In this document: piece after piece, positions 24,558-36,500 of the stretch
How positions within the stretch are numbered: position 1 is the first letter of the stretch
Layout of the letters: every line of letters begins with the position of its first letter
From: Squalus acanthias
Taxonomy: Eukaryota
Assembly (NCBI GenBank): GCA_030390025.1
Contig: JASTWF010000808.1
Span: 1-64,000, forward strand
DNA: 64,000 bases
Direction of reading: 5' to 3'
The notes under the pieces: model-generated
Database searches by the model: none
What the model was told of the DNA's origin: nothing
The model's input: the letters and a program-made list of their open reading frames with translations, nothing else
Position numbers and translations under genes: made by a program

Positions 24558-27500
24558 GTGAGTTATTAAATAATAAAAAGTAATATAGATTCTAAATATT
24601 ATTAATAATCCTGATCTCACTGGGGTCGGTGTGGTGTTATTACAGGGAGTGCAGGCTGTGAGTTATTATATTATATTAATAATCCTGATCTCACTGGGGT
24701 CGGTGGGGTGTTATTACAGGGAGTGCAGGCTGTGAGTTATTATATTATATTATATTAATAATCCTGATCTCACTGGGGTCGGTGTGGTGTTATTACAGGG
24801 AGAGCAGGCTGTGAGTTATATTATATTATATTATATTAATAATCCTGATCTCACTGGGGTCGGTGTGGTGTTATTACAGGGAGGGCAGGCTGTGAATTAT
24901 TATATTATATTAATAATCCTGATCTCACTGGGGTCGGTGTGGTATTATTACAGGGAGTGCAGGCTGTGAGTTATTATATTATATTATATTATATTAATAA
25001 TCCTGATCTCACTGGGGTCGGTGTGGTGTTATTACAGGGAGAGCAGGCTGTGAGTTATATTATATTAATAATCCTGATCTCACTGGGGTCAGTGGGGTGC
25101 TATTACAGGGAGTGCAGGCTGTGAGTTATTATATTATATTATATTAATAATCCTGATTTCACTGGGGTCGGTGGGGTGTTATTACAGGGAGAGCAGACTG
25201 TGAGTTATTATATTATATTATATTAATAATCCTGATCTCACTGGGGTCGGTGTGGTGTTATTACAGGGAGTGCAGGCTGTGAGTTATTATATTATATTAA
25301 TAATCCTGATCTCACTGGGGTCGGTGTGGTATTATTACAGGGAGTGCAGGCTGTGAGATATTATATTATATTAATAATCCTGATCTCACTGGGGTTGGTG
25401 TGGCGTTATTCCAGGGAGTGCAGGCTGTGAGTTATTATATTATATTAATAATCCTGATCTCACTGGGGTTGGTGTGGTATTATTACAGGGAGTGCAGGCT
25501 GTGAGTTATTATATTATATTATATTATATTAATAATCCTGATCTCACTGGGGTCGGTGTGGTGTTATTACAGGGAGTGCAGGCTGTGAGTTATTATATTA
25601 TATTATATTAATAATCCTGATCTCACTGGGGTCAGTGTGGTGTTATTACAGGGAGTGCAGGCTGTGAATTATGTTGTGCTACAGGTATGTGCCTTGATTC
25701 TCTTGTATTCGGTGCGCCCAAATGATTTCACAGAAGTTTACGGCTCAGAAGGAGGCCATTGGGCCCATCGTGTCTGTGCCGGCTATTTAATAGTCAAAGG
25801 AACAGGAAATTCTTTCCTCAGAATCTTTTATGTTTAAATCGTCCTGGATTTCCCACTCAAGTGAAATCCTGAAAATTAAGGGCCCGATTTTGCGGTCAGC
25901 AACGAAGGAACGGCGCGCGCCGTTCATTACGCTTACAGCTGCCCACAGAATATTCGTGGGCTTTTGCATAGCAACTTATGGCCATTTCAGGGTGGCGCCC
26001 TCTACATAGGATCTGTGGCATAACTGAACAGGAGAAGCAACAGCATTTCTCTTCAACCAATCAGATTGAAGAATCCTCACTGCCAAGCAGAATCTCAACC
26101 AGGAAGTGTCATTTAGAGTATTTAATTCAATGTAAAATCATGTACAGAAAGCAAAATTAAGAGAGGGAAAGAAAGATGGGATCACGATAGAGAGATAAAA
26201 GAGACAAAAAGAAAAAGTAAAAAAAATTTTTTTTTAATATCTCCAACAATAATTAAAATCTGAAGGAATGACACTCCAAGCTTGTAAAAGTAAATTTTCA
26301 GTGCCAAAGAGGTTGTTTGGTAGTAATTAAGACTTCTCACCACGCATTAAAAGAAACAGGCCACGCAGAACAAGGAGAAGTTGACAGGGAACAATGCTGA
26401 TCACGCTGTTAAAAGGGTCCTTACACTGGAATGGACCAGCCCTAACTTTCTCTGGCGTGTTTAGTGTGTATCTAGTGGGTAAATACAGCAACGTCACGCC
26501 CTTCATGTGTTTCAATGCCGAGTCTCTCGGCGAGGTACCGGTGTAGCGCAGCTTGTGGAGGAGCAGGGCGACTCGGACAGCAACTTTCTGATTTCCTGAA
26601 TTCCGGGTTTAACTGTGCGTGTGTGGAGGCCGGAATTTGCTGTCTGATCTCTTCCTCAATAACGGTGAGTGCTGATGGCCTACTGTTATTCCTACCACAA
26701 AATCCGGGCCAATATGATAAAGCACAATTCGCATTCACTGATGATGTGAGTTGATCGTGCAACAATTTCCGGGAGGAGCCTAAATTTAATATTGGCAGCA
26801 AGCTCCGAGCTACATGAGCACGATTGATTGGGAGGTTGTCATTTGAGGAGGCAGGAAATGGCATTGAAAGGCCTGCAGCAGCTTAAAGGGGACACCACAC
26901 CTAAAACTGATTTGGAGGCAAAATATAACTTGAGATAGTTAAAAATATTTTTAAGGGCAGCAGGAGGGCCTAAAGCGTCAAGGATTTTAGAAGAATCTGT
27001 TATAAAGTGCTTCTGAATGGGGTGAGGCAGTGGGAGCGTGACATTATTTAGAATGGATAAAGGCCCCTGTAATAAATGTATGTCTTGTTGTAGATACCTT
27101 CTCAGGTACAGTGGTGCCAGTCGCTCGCCTTTGTGGTCTGAGCATTTTATTTTTATGGGAGTTGAATCATACTGTCCTATATCTACTTGAACACACGGTG
27201 ACCCCCCAATAATGGAACACCCGGTGCCCTACCACCCAATAATGGAACACCCGGTGCCCACCCCTCAATAATGGAACCTCCGGTACCGTCAGCCCCAATA
27301 ATGGAACACCCGGTGCCCCCCCAAAAATATTGGAACACCCAGTGCCCCACCCCCCCCCAATAATGGCACACCCGGTGCCCCCCCCCAATAATGGAACACC
27401 CGGTGCCCCCCCAATAATGGAACACCGGTGCCCCCCCCATTATGGAACACCCGGTGCCCCCCCAATAATGGAACACCCGGTGCCCCCCAAATAATGGAAC

Positions 27501-30500
27501 ACATGGTGCCCCCCCAATAATGGAACACATGGTGCCCCCCCCAATAATGGAACAACCGGTGCCCCCCCTATAATGGAACACCCGGTGCCCCCCCAATAAT
27601 GGAACACCCGGTGCCCCCCCAATAATGGAACACCCGGTGCCCCCGCCAATAATGGAACACACGATGCCCCCCCAATAATGGAACACACTGTGCCCCCCAA
27701 TAATTGAACACCCGGTGCCCCTCCAATAATGGAACACCCGGTGCCCCCCCAATAATGGAACACCCGGTGCCCCCCCCCCAATAATGGAACACCCGGTGCA
27801 CCACCCAATAATGGAACACCCGGTGCCCTCCCCAATAATGGAACACCCGGTGCCCCCCCCAATAATGGAACACCCGGTGCCCCCCCAATAATGGAACACC
27901 CGATACCCCCACCCCCCAAAAATGGAACACCCAGTCCCCCAGAAGATGTAGGTGGGGTTTTAAATGAATATTTTGCTTCTGTGTTCACTATGGAGAAGGA
28001 CGATGTAGGCATAGAAATCAGGCAGGGGGATTGTGATATACTTGAACAAATTAGTATTGAGAGGGAGGAGGTACTAGCGGTTTTAGCGGGCTTAAAAGTG
28101 GATAAATCCCCAGGCCCAGACGAGATGTATCCCAGGCTGCTGTGTGAGGCAAGGGAGGAGATTGCAGGGGCTCTGACACAAATTTTCAGAACCTCTCTGG
28201 CAGCAGGGAAGGTGCCAGAGGACTGGAGAACAGCTAATGTAGTACCATTATTCAAGAAGGGTAGTAGGGATAAACCAGGGAATTACAGGCCAGTGAGCCT
28301 AACATCAGTGGTAGGGAAATTATTGGAAAAAATTCTGAGGGACAGAATTAGTCTCCACTTGGAGAGGCAAGGATTAATCAAGGATAGTCAGCATAGCTTT
28401 GTCAGGGGGAGATCATGTCTGACCAATTTGATTGAATTTTTCGAGGGGGTGACTAGGTGTGTGGATGAGGGTGGTGCAGTTGATGTGGTCTACATGGACT
28501 TCAGTAAAGCTTTTGACAAGGTCCCGCATGGGAGACTGGTCAAGAAGGTAAGAGCACATGGGATCCAGGGCAACTTGGCACATTGGATCCAAAATTGGCT
28601 TAGTGGCAGGAGGCAGAGGGTGATGGTCGAAGGTTGTTTTTGTGACTGGAAGCCTGTGTCCAGTGGTGTACCACAGGGATCGGTGCTGGGTCCTTTGCTG
28701 TTTGTAGTGTACATTAATGATTTAGATATGAATGTAGGAGGTATGATCAGTAAGTTCGCAGATGACACGAAAATTGGTGGGGTGGTAAATAGCGAGGAGG
28801 GAAGCCTCAGGCTACAGGACGATATAGACGGGTTGGTCAGATGGGCAGAACAGTGGCAAATGGAATTTAACCCTGAAAACTGTGAGGTGATGCATTTTGG
28901 GAGGACAAACAAGGCAAGGGAATACACAATGAACGTAGGATCCTAGAAAGGACAGAGGATCAGAGGGACCTTGGTGTGCATGTACATAGATCCCTGAAGG
29001 CAGCAGGACTGGTAGATAAGGTGGTTAAAATGGCATATGGGATACTTGCCTTCATTAGCCGAGGCATAGAATATAAGAGCAGGTAGGTTATGATGGAGCT
29101 GTACAAAACGCTAGTTAGGCCTTAGAAACATAGAAACATAGAAACATAGAATCTAGGAGCAGGAGTAGGCCATTCGGCCCGTCGAGCCTGCTCCACCATT
29201 CAATACGATCATGGCTGATCATCCAAATCCAAATCTTAGCTGGAATACTGTGTGCAGTTCTGGTCGCCACACTATAGGAAGGATGTGATTGCATTGGAGA
29301 GGGTGCAGAGGAGATTCACCAGGATGTTACCTGGGCTGGAGTGCTTCAGCTATGAAGAGAGACTGGACAGGCTGGGGTTGTTTTCCTTAGAGCAGAGAAG
29401 GCTGAGAGGGGACCTGATTGAGGTGTATAAAATTATGAGGGGCACAGATAGGGTAGATAGAAAGGAACTTTTCCCCTTAGTAGAGGGGTCAATAACCAGG
29501 GGGCATAGTTTCAAGGTGAGGGGCAGGAGGTTTTGAGGGGATTTGAGGGGATTTGAGGGAAAACTTTTTCACCCAGAGGGTGGTTGGAATCCGGAACTCA
29601 CTGCCTGAGAGGGTGGTAGGGGCAGGAACCCTCACAACATTCAAGAAGCATTTAGATGAGCACTTGAAACGCCATAGCATACAAGGCTACGGACCAAGTG
29701 CTGGAAAATGGGATTAGAATAGACAGGGCTTGATGGCCGGCACAGACACGATGGGCCGAAGGGCCTCTTTCTGTGCTGTTTCACTCTATGATTCTATGAC
29801 CCTGTGCCCCCTAATAATGGAATACCCAGAGGCCCCCCCCCCCCATTATGGAACACCCGGTGCCCTCCCCCAATAATGGAACAGCCGGTGCCCCCCCAAT
29901 AATGGAACAGCCGGTGGCCCCCCCCCCATAATGGAACAGCCGGTGCCCCCCCCCCCCCAAAAAAATGGAACACCCGGGGTAGGCGGAGCGGGCAGGAGTA
30001 GTGCCGCCCCCGGTGGTGGAGGCATAGCCTACTGGCCTTTCAATGACCAGCTTTGTCGGAGGCCGGCAACCCCCAGAAGGTCTCTCTGGAGCCCGGGTTG
30101 AGCAGCAGTTCTGTGTCCGAGAGGCTGGTCCGCCGCTGTTTGTCGGGGCTCGGGAGCTCGCTCTTCTCTCACACCCTCTCTCTCTCTCTTCCAGATCTGT
30201 ATGATTACACACAGGTGTATTTTGTCCAGCAGCAGAGCCCCGACAAGCATTTCGATCTGTTGGAGGACACGGATGAGGTTTTCTACATGGATTTCAACCT
30301 GAAGAAGGAGGTGGCGCGGATCCCCGAGTTTAAAGACCAGGCCATGCGGGGAGGAGAGGCGGGGATCTCTGGCAATATCGCCATCCTGAAACAGAATCTG
30401 AAGGTTGACATGAACCTGTCGCGCGGGAGCCCGGAACCCAAAGGTGAGAACCGGACAGCGGCGCCCCTCAACCGGGCCCCGACCCGGTGAATGGAGCCTG

Positions 30501-33500
30501 GGGTTTGAGCCGGGCCCACACCCGGTGAATGGGGCCTGGGGTTTCAGCCGGACCGACACCCAGTGAATGGTCTCTGGGGTTTGAGCCGGGCCCACACCCA
30601 GTGAATGGTCTCTGGGGTTTGAGCCGGGCCCACAGCCGGTGAATGGTCTCTGGGGTTTGAGCCGGGCCCACAGCCGGTGAATGGGGCCTGGGGTTTGAGC
30701 CGGGCCCACACCCGGTGACTGGGGCCTGGGGTTTGAGCCGGGCCCACACCCGGTGAATGGGGCCTGGGGTTTGAGCCGGGCCCACAGCCGGTGAATGGGG
30801 CCTGGGGTTTGAGCCGGGCCCACACCCGGTGAATGGAGCCTGGGGTTTGAGCTGGGCCCACACCCAGTGAATGGGGCCTGGGGTTTGAGCTGGGCCCACA
30901 CCCAGTGAATGGGGCCTGGGGTTTGAGCTGGGCCCACACCCAGTGAATGGGGCCTGGGGTTTGAGCTGGGCCCGCACCCAGTGAATGGGGCCTGGGGTTT
31001 GAGCTGGCCCACACCCAGTGAATGGGGCCTGGGGTTTGAGCTGGGCCCACACCCAGTGAATGTCTCTGGTGTTTGAGCCGGGCCCACACCCAGTGAATGG
31101 GGTTTGAGCCGGGCCCACACCCAGTGAATGGAGCCTGGGGTTTGAGCCGGGCCCACACCCAGTGAATGGGGCCTGGGGTTTGAGCTGGGCCCACACCCAG
31201 TGAATGGGGCCTGGGGTTTGAGCTGGGCCCACACCCAGTGAATGGGGCCTGGGGTTTGAGCTGGGCCCACACCCAGTGAATGGGGCCTGGGGTTTGAGCT
31301 GGGCCCACACCCAGTGAATGGGGCCTGGGGTTTGAGCTGGGCCCACACCCAGTGAATGGGGCCTGGGGTTTAAGAACATAAGAAATAGGAGCAGGAGTAG
31401 GCCAATCGGCCCTTCGAGCCTGCTCCGCCATTCAATAAGATCATGGCTGATCTGATCCTCACCTCAAATCTAAAGAACACAAGAAGTAGGAGCAGGACCC
31501 GGCCACTCAGCCCCTGGGCCCGCTACGCCACCCACAGGGCCTTGACCGATCCGAACTCAGCCCCATGTCCAATTTCCTGCCCGCTCCCCGTAACCCCTAA
31601 TTCCCTTTACTTCTAGGAAACTGTCTATTTCTGTTTTAAATTTATTTAATGATGTAGCTTCCACAGCTTCCTGGGGCAGCAAATTCCACAGACCTACTAC
31701 CCTCTGAGTGAAGAAGTTTCTCCTCATCTCAGTTTTGAAAGAGCAGCCCCTTATTCTAAGATTATGCCCCCTAGTTCTAGTTTCACCCATCCTTGGGAAC
31801 ATCCTTACCGCATCCACCTGATCAAGCCCCTTCACAATCTTATATGTTTCAATAAGATCGCCTCTCATTCTTCTGAACTCCAATGAGTAGAGTCCCAATC
31901 TACTCAACCTCTCCTTGTATGTCCACCCCCTCATCCCGGGGATTAACCGAGTGAACCTTCTTTGTACTGCCTCGAGAGCAAGTATGTCTTTTCTTAAGTA
32001 TGGACACCAAAACTGTATGCAGTATTCCAGATGCGGTCTCACCAATACCTTATATAACTGCAGCAATACCTCCCTGTTTTTATAATCTATCCCCCTAGCA
32101 ATAAAAGCCAACATTCCGTTGGCCTTCTTGATCACCTGCTGCACCTGTATACTAACTTTTTGATTTTCTTGCACTAGGACCCCCAGATCCCTTTGTACTG
32201 CAGTACTTTCCAGTTTCTCGCCATTAAGATAATAACTTGCTCTCTGATTTTTCCTGCCAAAGTGCATAACCTCACATTTTCCAATATTGTATTGCATCTG
32301 CCAAATCTCTGCCCACTCACCCAGCTTGTCTATATCCCCTTGTAGGTTTTTTATGTCCTCCTCACTTTCTACTTTCCCTCCCATCTTTGTATCATCTGCA
32401 AACTTTGATATGTTACACTCAGTCCCCTCCTCCAAATCGTTAATATAGATTGTAAAGAGTTGGGGACCCAGCACCGACCCCTGCGGAACACCACTGGCTA
32501 CTGGTTGCCAGTCCGAGAATGAACCATTTATCCCAACTCTCTGCTTCCTGTTAGATAACCAATCCTCCACCCATGCCAGAATATTCCCCCCAATCCAGTG
32601 ATTTTTTTATCTTGAGCAATAATCTTTTATGTGGCACCTTGTCGAATGCCTTCTGGAAGTCTAAATACACTACGTCCATTGGTTCCCCTTTATCCACCCT
32701 GTACGTTATGTCCTCAAAGAACTCAAGCAAATTTGTCAGACATGATTTCCCCTTCATAAAGCCATGCTGACTTTGTCCTATCAAATTATGTTTATCTAAA
32801 TGTTCCGTTACTGTCTCCTTAATAATAGACTCCAAAATTTTACCCACCACAGATGTTAGACTAACTGGTCTATAATTTCCAGCTTTCTGCCTACTACCCT
32901 TTTTAAATAAGGGTGTTACATTAGCAGTTTTCCAATCTGCTGGGACCTTTGCTGATTCCAGGGAATTTTGGAAAATTATTACCAAAGCATCCACAATCCC
33001 TACTGCCACTTCCCTCAAGACCCTAGGATGTAAGCCATCAGGTCCAGGGGATTTATCCGCCTTGAGTCCCATTATTTTACTGAGTACCAATTCCTTAGTG
33101 ATTTTAATCGTATTTAGCTCCTCCCCCCCCTAGAGCCCCCTGTTTGTCCAGTGTTGGGATATTCTTAGTGTCCTCTACCGTAAAGACTGAAACAAAATAT
33201 TTGTTCAGCATTTTTGCCATCTCCATGTTTCCCACCATTAATTTCCCGGTCTCATCCTCTAAGGGACCTACGTTTGCCTTAGCCACCCTTTTTCTTTTTA
33301 TATAACTATAGAAACTCTTGCTATCTGTTTTTATATTTTTTGCTAATTTATTTTCATAATCTATCTTACCTTTCTTAATCAATCCTTTAGTTACTTTTTG
33401 CTGTCTTTTGAAGACTTCCCAATCTTCTATCCTCCCACTAAGTTTGGCTACCTTATATGTCCTTGTTTTTAGTTGGATACTATCCTTAATTTCTTTACTT

Positions 33501-36500
33501 AGCCACGGATGGCTGTCATTTCTTTTACACCCTTTTTTCCTCAGTGGAATATATATTTTTTGAAAGTTGTAAAATAACTCCTTAAATGAACACCACTGCT
33601 CATGTACCGTCTTACCCTTTAATCTATTTTCCCAGTCCACTTTAATCAATTCCGCTCTCATACCATCATAGTCTCCTTTATTCAAGCTCAGTACGCTTGT
33701 CTGAGAACCAACCTTCTCACCCTCTAATTAGATATGGAATTCAACCATGTTATGGTCACTCATTCCAAGGGGATCCTTAACTAGGACATTATTAATTAAT
33801 CCTGACTCATTACACAGGACCAGGTCCAAGGTTGCTTGCCCCCTTGTAGGATCAGTTACATACTGCTCAAGAAATCCATCCCTAATACACTCAATAAACT
33901 CTTCCTCAAGGCTGCCCTGCCCAATTTGATTTGTCCAGTTAATATGATAGTTAAAATCCCCTATAATTATAGCTGTTCCCTTATTACATGCCCCAACTAT
34001 TTCCTGATTAATACTTCTTCCAGCAGAGTTGCAACTATTAGGAGGCCTATATACTACTCCCACTAGTGTTTTTTTCCCTTTATTATTCCTTATCTCCACC
34101 CAAACTGTTTCATTATCCTGATCCTTTGACCTAATATCATTTCTCTGTAATACAGTGATTCCTTCCTTTATTAACATAGCTACCCCACCCCCTCTTCCTT
34201 CCTGTCTGTCCTTCCTGATTGTTAAATACCCTGGCATATTTAATTCCCAGTCGTTGTCACCCTGCAGCCATGTTTCTGTAATGGCCACAAGATCATACCC
34301 ATACGTAGTTATTTGTACCGTCAATTCGTCTATTTTGTTACGAATGCTGCGTGCATTCAGATAAAGAACTTTAAATATGTTTTGTGACAATTTATTCCTG
34401 CTTTTACCCCCTTTACTACTTTACCTTTATCTTTATATATTCTGTCCCTTCCTGACACGCTCTGGTTTTTAATTACCCCACTGCTACTTTGCTCTATTGC
34501 CTTCTCCGCTGACATTTTTATTTTTTGCTCTCTTGAAACCTCCCCCCCACTAATTAGTTTAAAGCCCTCTCTACAGCCCTAGTTATTCGATTCGCCAGGA
34601 CTCTAGTCCCAGCACTGGCCAAGTGAAGTCCGTCCCAACAGAACAGCTCTCTCCTGTCCCAGTACTGGTGCCAGTGTCCCAGGTAGCAAAACCCATTTCT
34701 CCCACACCAGTCTTTGAGCCACGCATTTAACCCTCTGATTTTATTTACCCTAGCCAAATTTGCTCGTGGCTCAGGTAGTAATCCAGCGATTACTACCCTA
34801 GAGGTTCTGTTTTTTTAATTTGGCCCCTAGCTGCTCATACTCCCTCAGCAGAACCTCATTCCTTGTTCTATCTATGTCATTGGTACCAACATGGACCACA
34901 ACAACTGGATCTTCCCCCTCCCACTCCAAGTTTCTCTCCAGCCCAGAGGAGATGTCCTTAACCCTGGCACCGGGCAGGCAACATAGCCTTCAGGACTCGC
35001 TCTCGGCTGCAAAGAACCCTATCTATCCCCTTAATGATACTATCCCCTACCACTACAACATTTCTTTTTACTCCCCCCACTTGAATGGCTCCCCGTACCA
35101 CAGTGCTGTGGCCAGGTTGCTCATCCTCCCTGCAGTCCCTGCTCCCGTCCTCACAGGGAGTAAGAGCCTCGAACCTGTTGGACAAGAGCAAGGGCTGCGG
35201 CTCCTCCAACACTACCTCCTGGATCCCCGTACCTGCCTCACTCGTAGTCACACCCTCCTGTCCCTGATCATGGGCTACATCTGAATTAGTTAATCTAATT
35301 GGTGTGACTACCTCCTGGAACACAGAGTCCAGGTAACTCTCCCCCTCCCTGATGTGTCGCAGTGTTTGAAGCTCGGACTCCAGCTCATCAACACGGAGCC
35401 GGAGTTCCTCGAGCAGCCAACACTTACTGCAAATGTGATCACCGTGAACATCAATGGTGTCCTCCAGCTCCCACATATTGCAGCAGTAACACATCACCTG
35501 CTCTCCCATTCTATGTAATTAATTAAATTTATTATTATTTACCCTTTAATTAATTTAAATTAAAACAATACACTTCTGTGACAGTTTGATCTGAGTCTCT
35601 TCACTCTCCGTCCTGTGGCAGTTTGATCTGAGTCTCCTCACTCCGTCCTGACAGTTTGTTCTGAGTCTCCTCACTCTCCGTCCTGTGGCAGTTTGTTCTG
35701 AGTCTCCTCACTCTCCGTCCTGTGGCAGTTTGATCTGAGTCTCCTCACTCTCCGTCCTGTGGCAGTTTGTTCTGAGTCTCCTCACTCTCCGTCCTGTGGC
35801 AGTTTGATCTGAGTCTCCTCACTCCGTCCTGACAGTTTGATCTGAGTCTCCTCACTCCGTCCTGTGACAGTTTGTTCTGAGTCTCCTCACTCCGTCCTGT
35901 GGCAGTTTGTTCTGAGTCTCCTCACTCCGTCCTGTGGCAGTTTGTTCTGAGTCTCCTCACTCCGTCCTGTGGCAGTTTGATCTGAGTCTCCTCACTCCGT
36001 CCTGTGGCAGTTTGTTCTGAGTCTCCTCACTCCGTCCTGTGGCAGTTTGTTCTGAGTCTCCTCACTCCGTCCTGTGGCAGTTTGTTCTGAGTCTCCTCAC
36101 TCCGTCCTGACAGTTTGATCTGAGTCTCCTCACTCCGTCCTGTGGCAGTTTGAGCCGGGCCCACACCCAGTGAATGGTCCTGTCTGTCTGATCTGTCCAT
36201 TCCCCTCTGTTCCATAGTTCTGTCTAATCTGTCCATTCCCCTCTTCCATAGTTCTATCTGATCTGTCCATTCCCCTCTGTTCCATAGTTCTATCTGATCT
36301 GTCCATTCCCCTCTGTTCCATAGTTCTATCTGATCTGTCCATTCCCCTCTGTACAGTAGTTCTCTGATCTGTTCATTCCTGTGTACAGTACTATTTGATC
36401 TGTCCATTCCCCTGTGTACAGTAGTTCTATCTGATCTATCCATTCCCGTGTACAGTAGTTCTATCTGATCTGTCCATTCCTGTGTACAGTAGTTCTGTCT

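Noticed and set aside
26057-26110. Inverted Y box (ccaatcag) in intron 1 as a distal X-Y enhancer
   Set aside because: No X-box match at the required spacing, and the motif belongs to a MITE family also present at ~55760.
27167-28255. Gly/Cys-rich ORFs resembling keratin-associated proteins
   Set aside because: Artefacts of the 29-bp tandem repeat.
30029-31431. Long minus-strand ORFs of 295-439 aa
   Set aside because: They are translations of the stop-free 38-bp minisatellite in all three frames.
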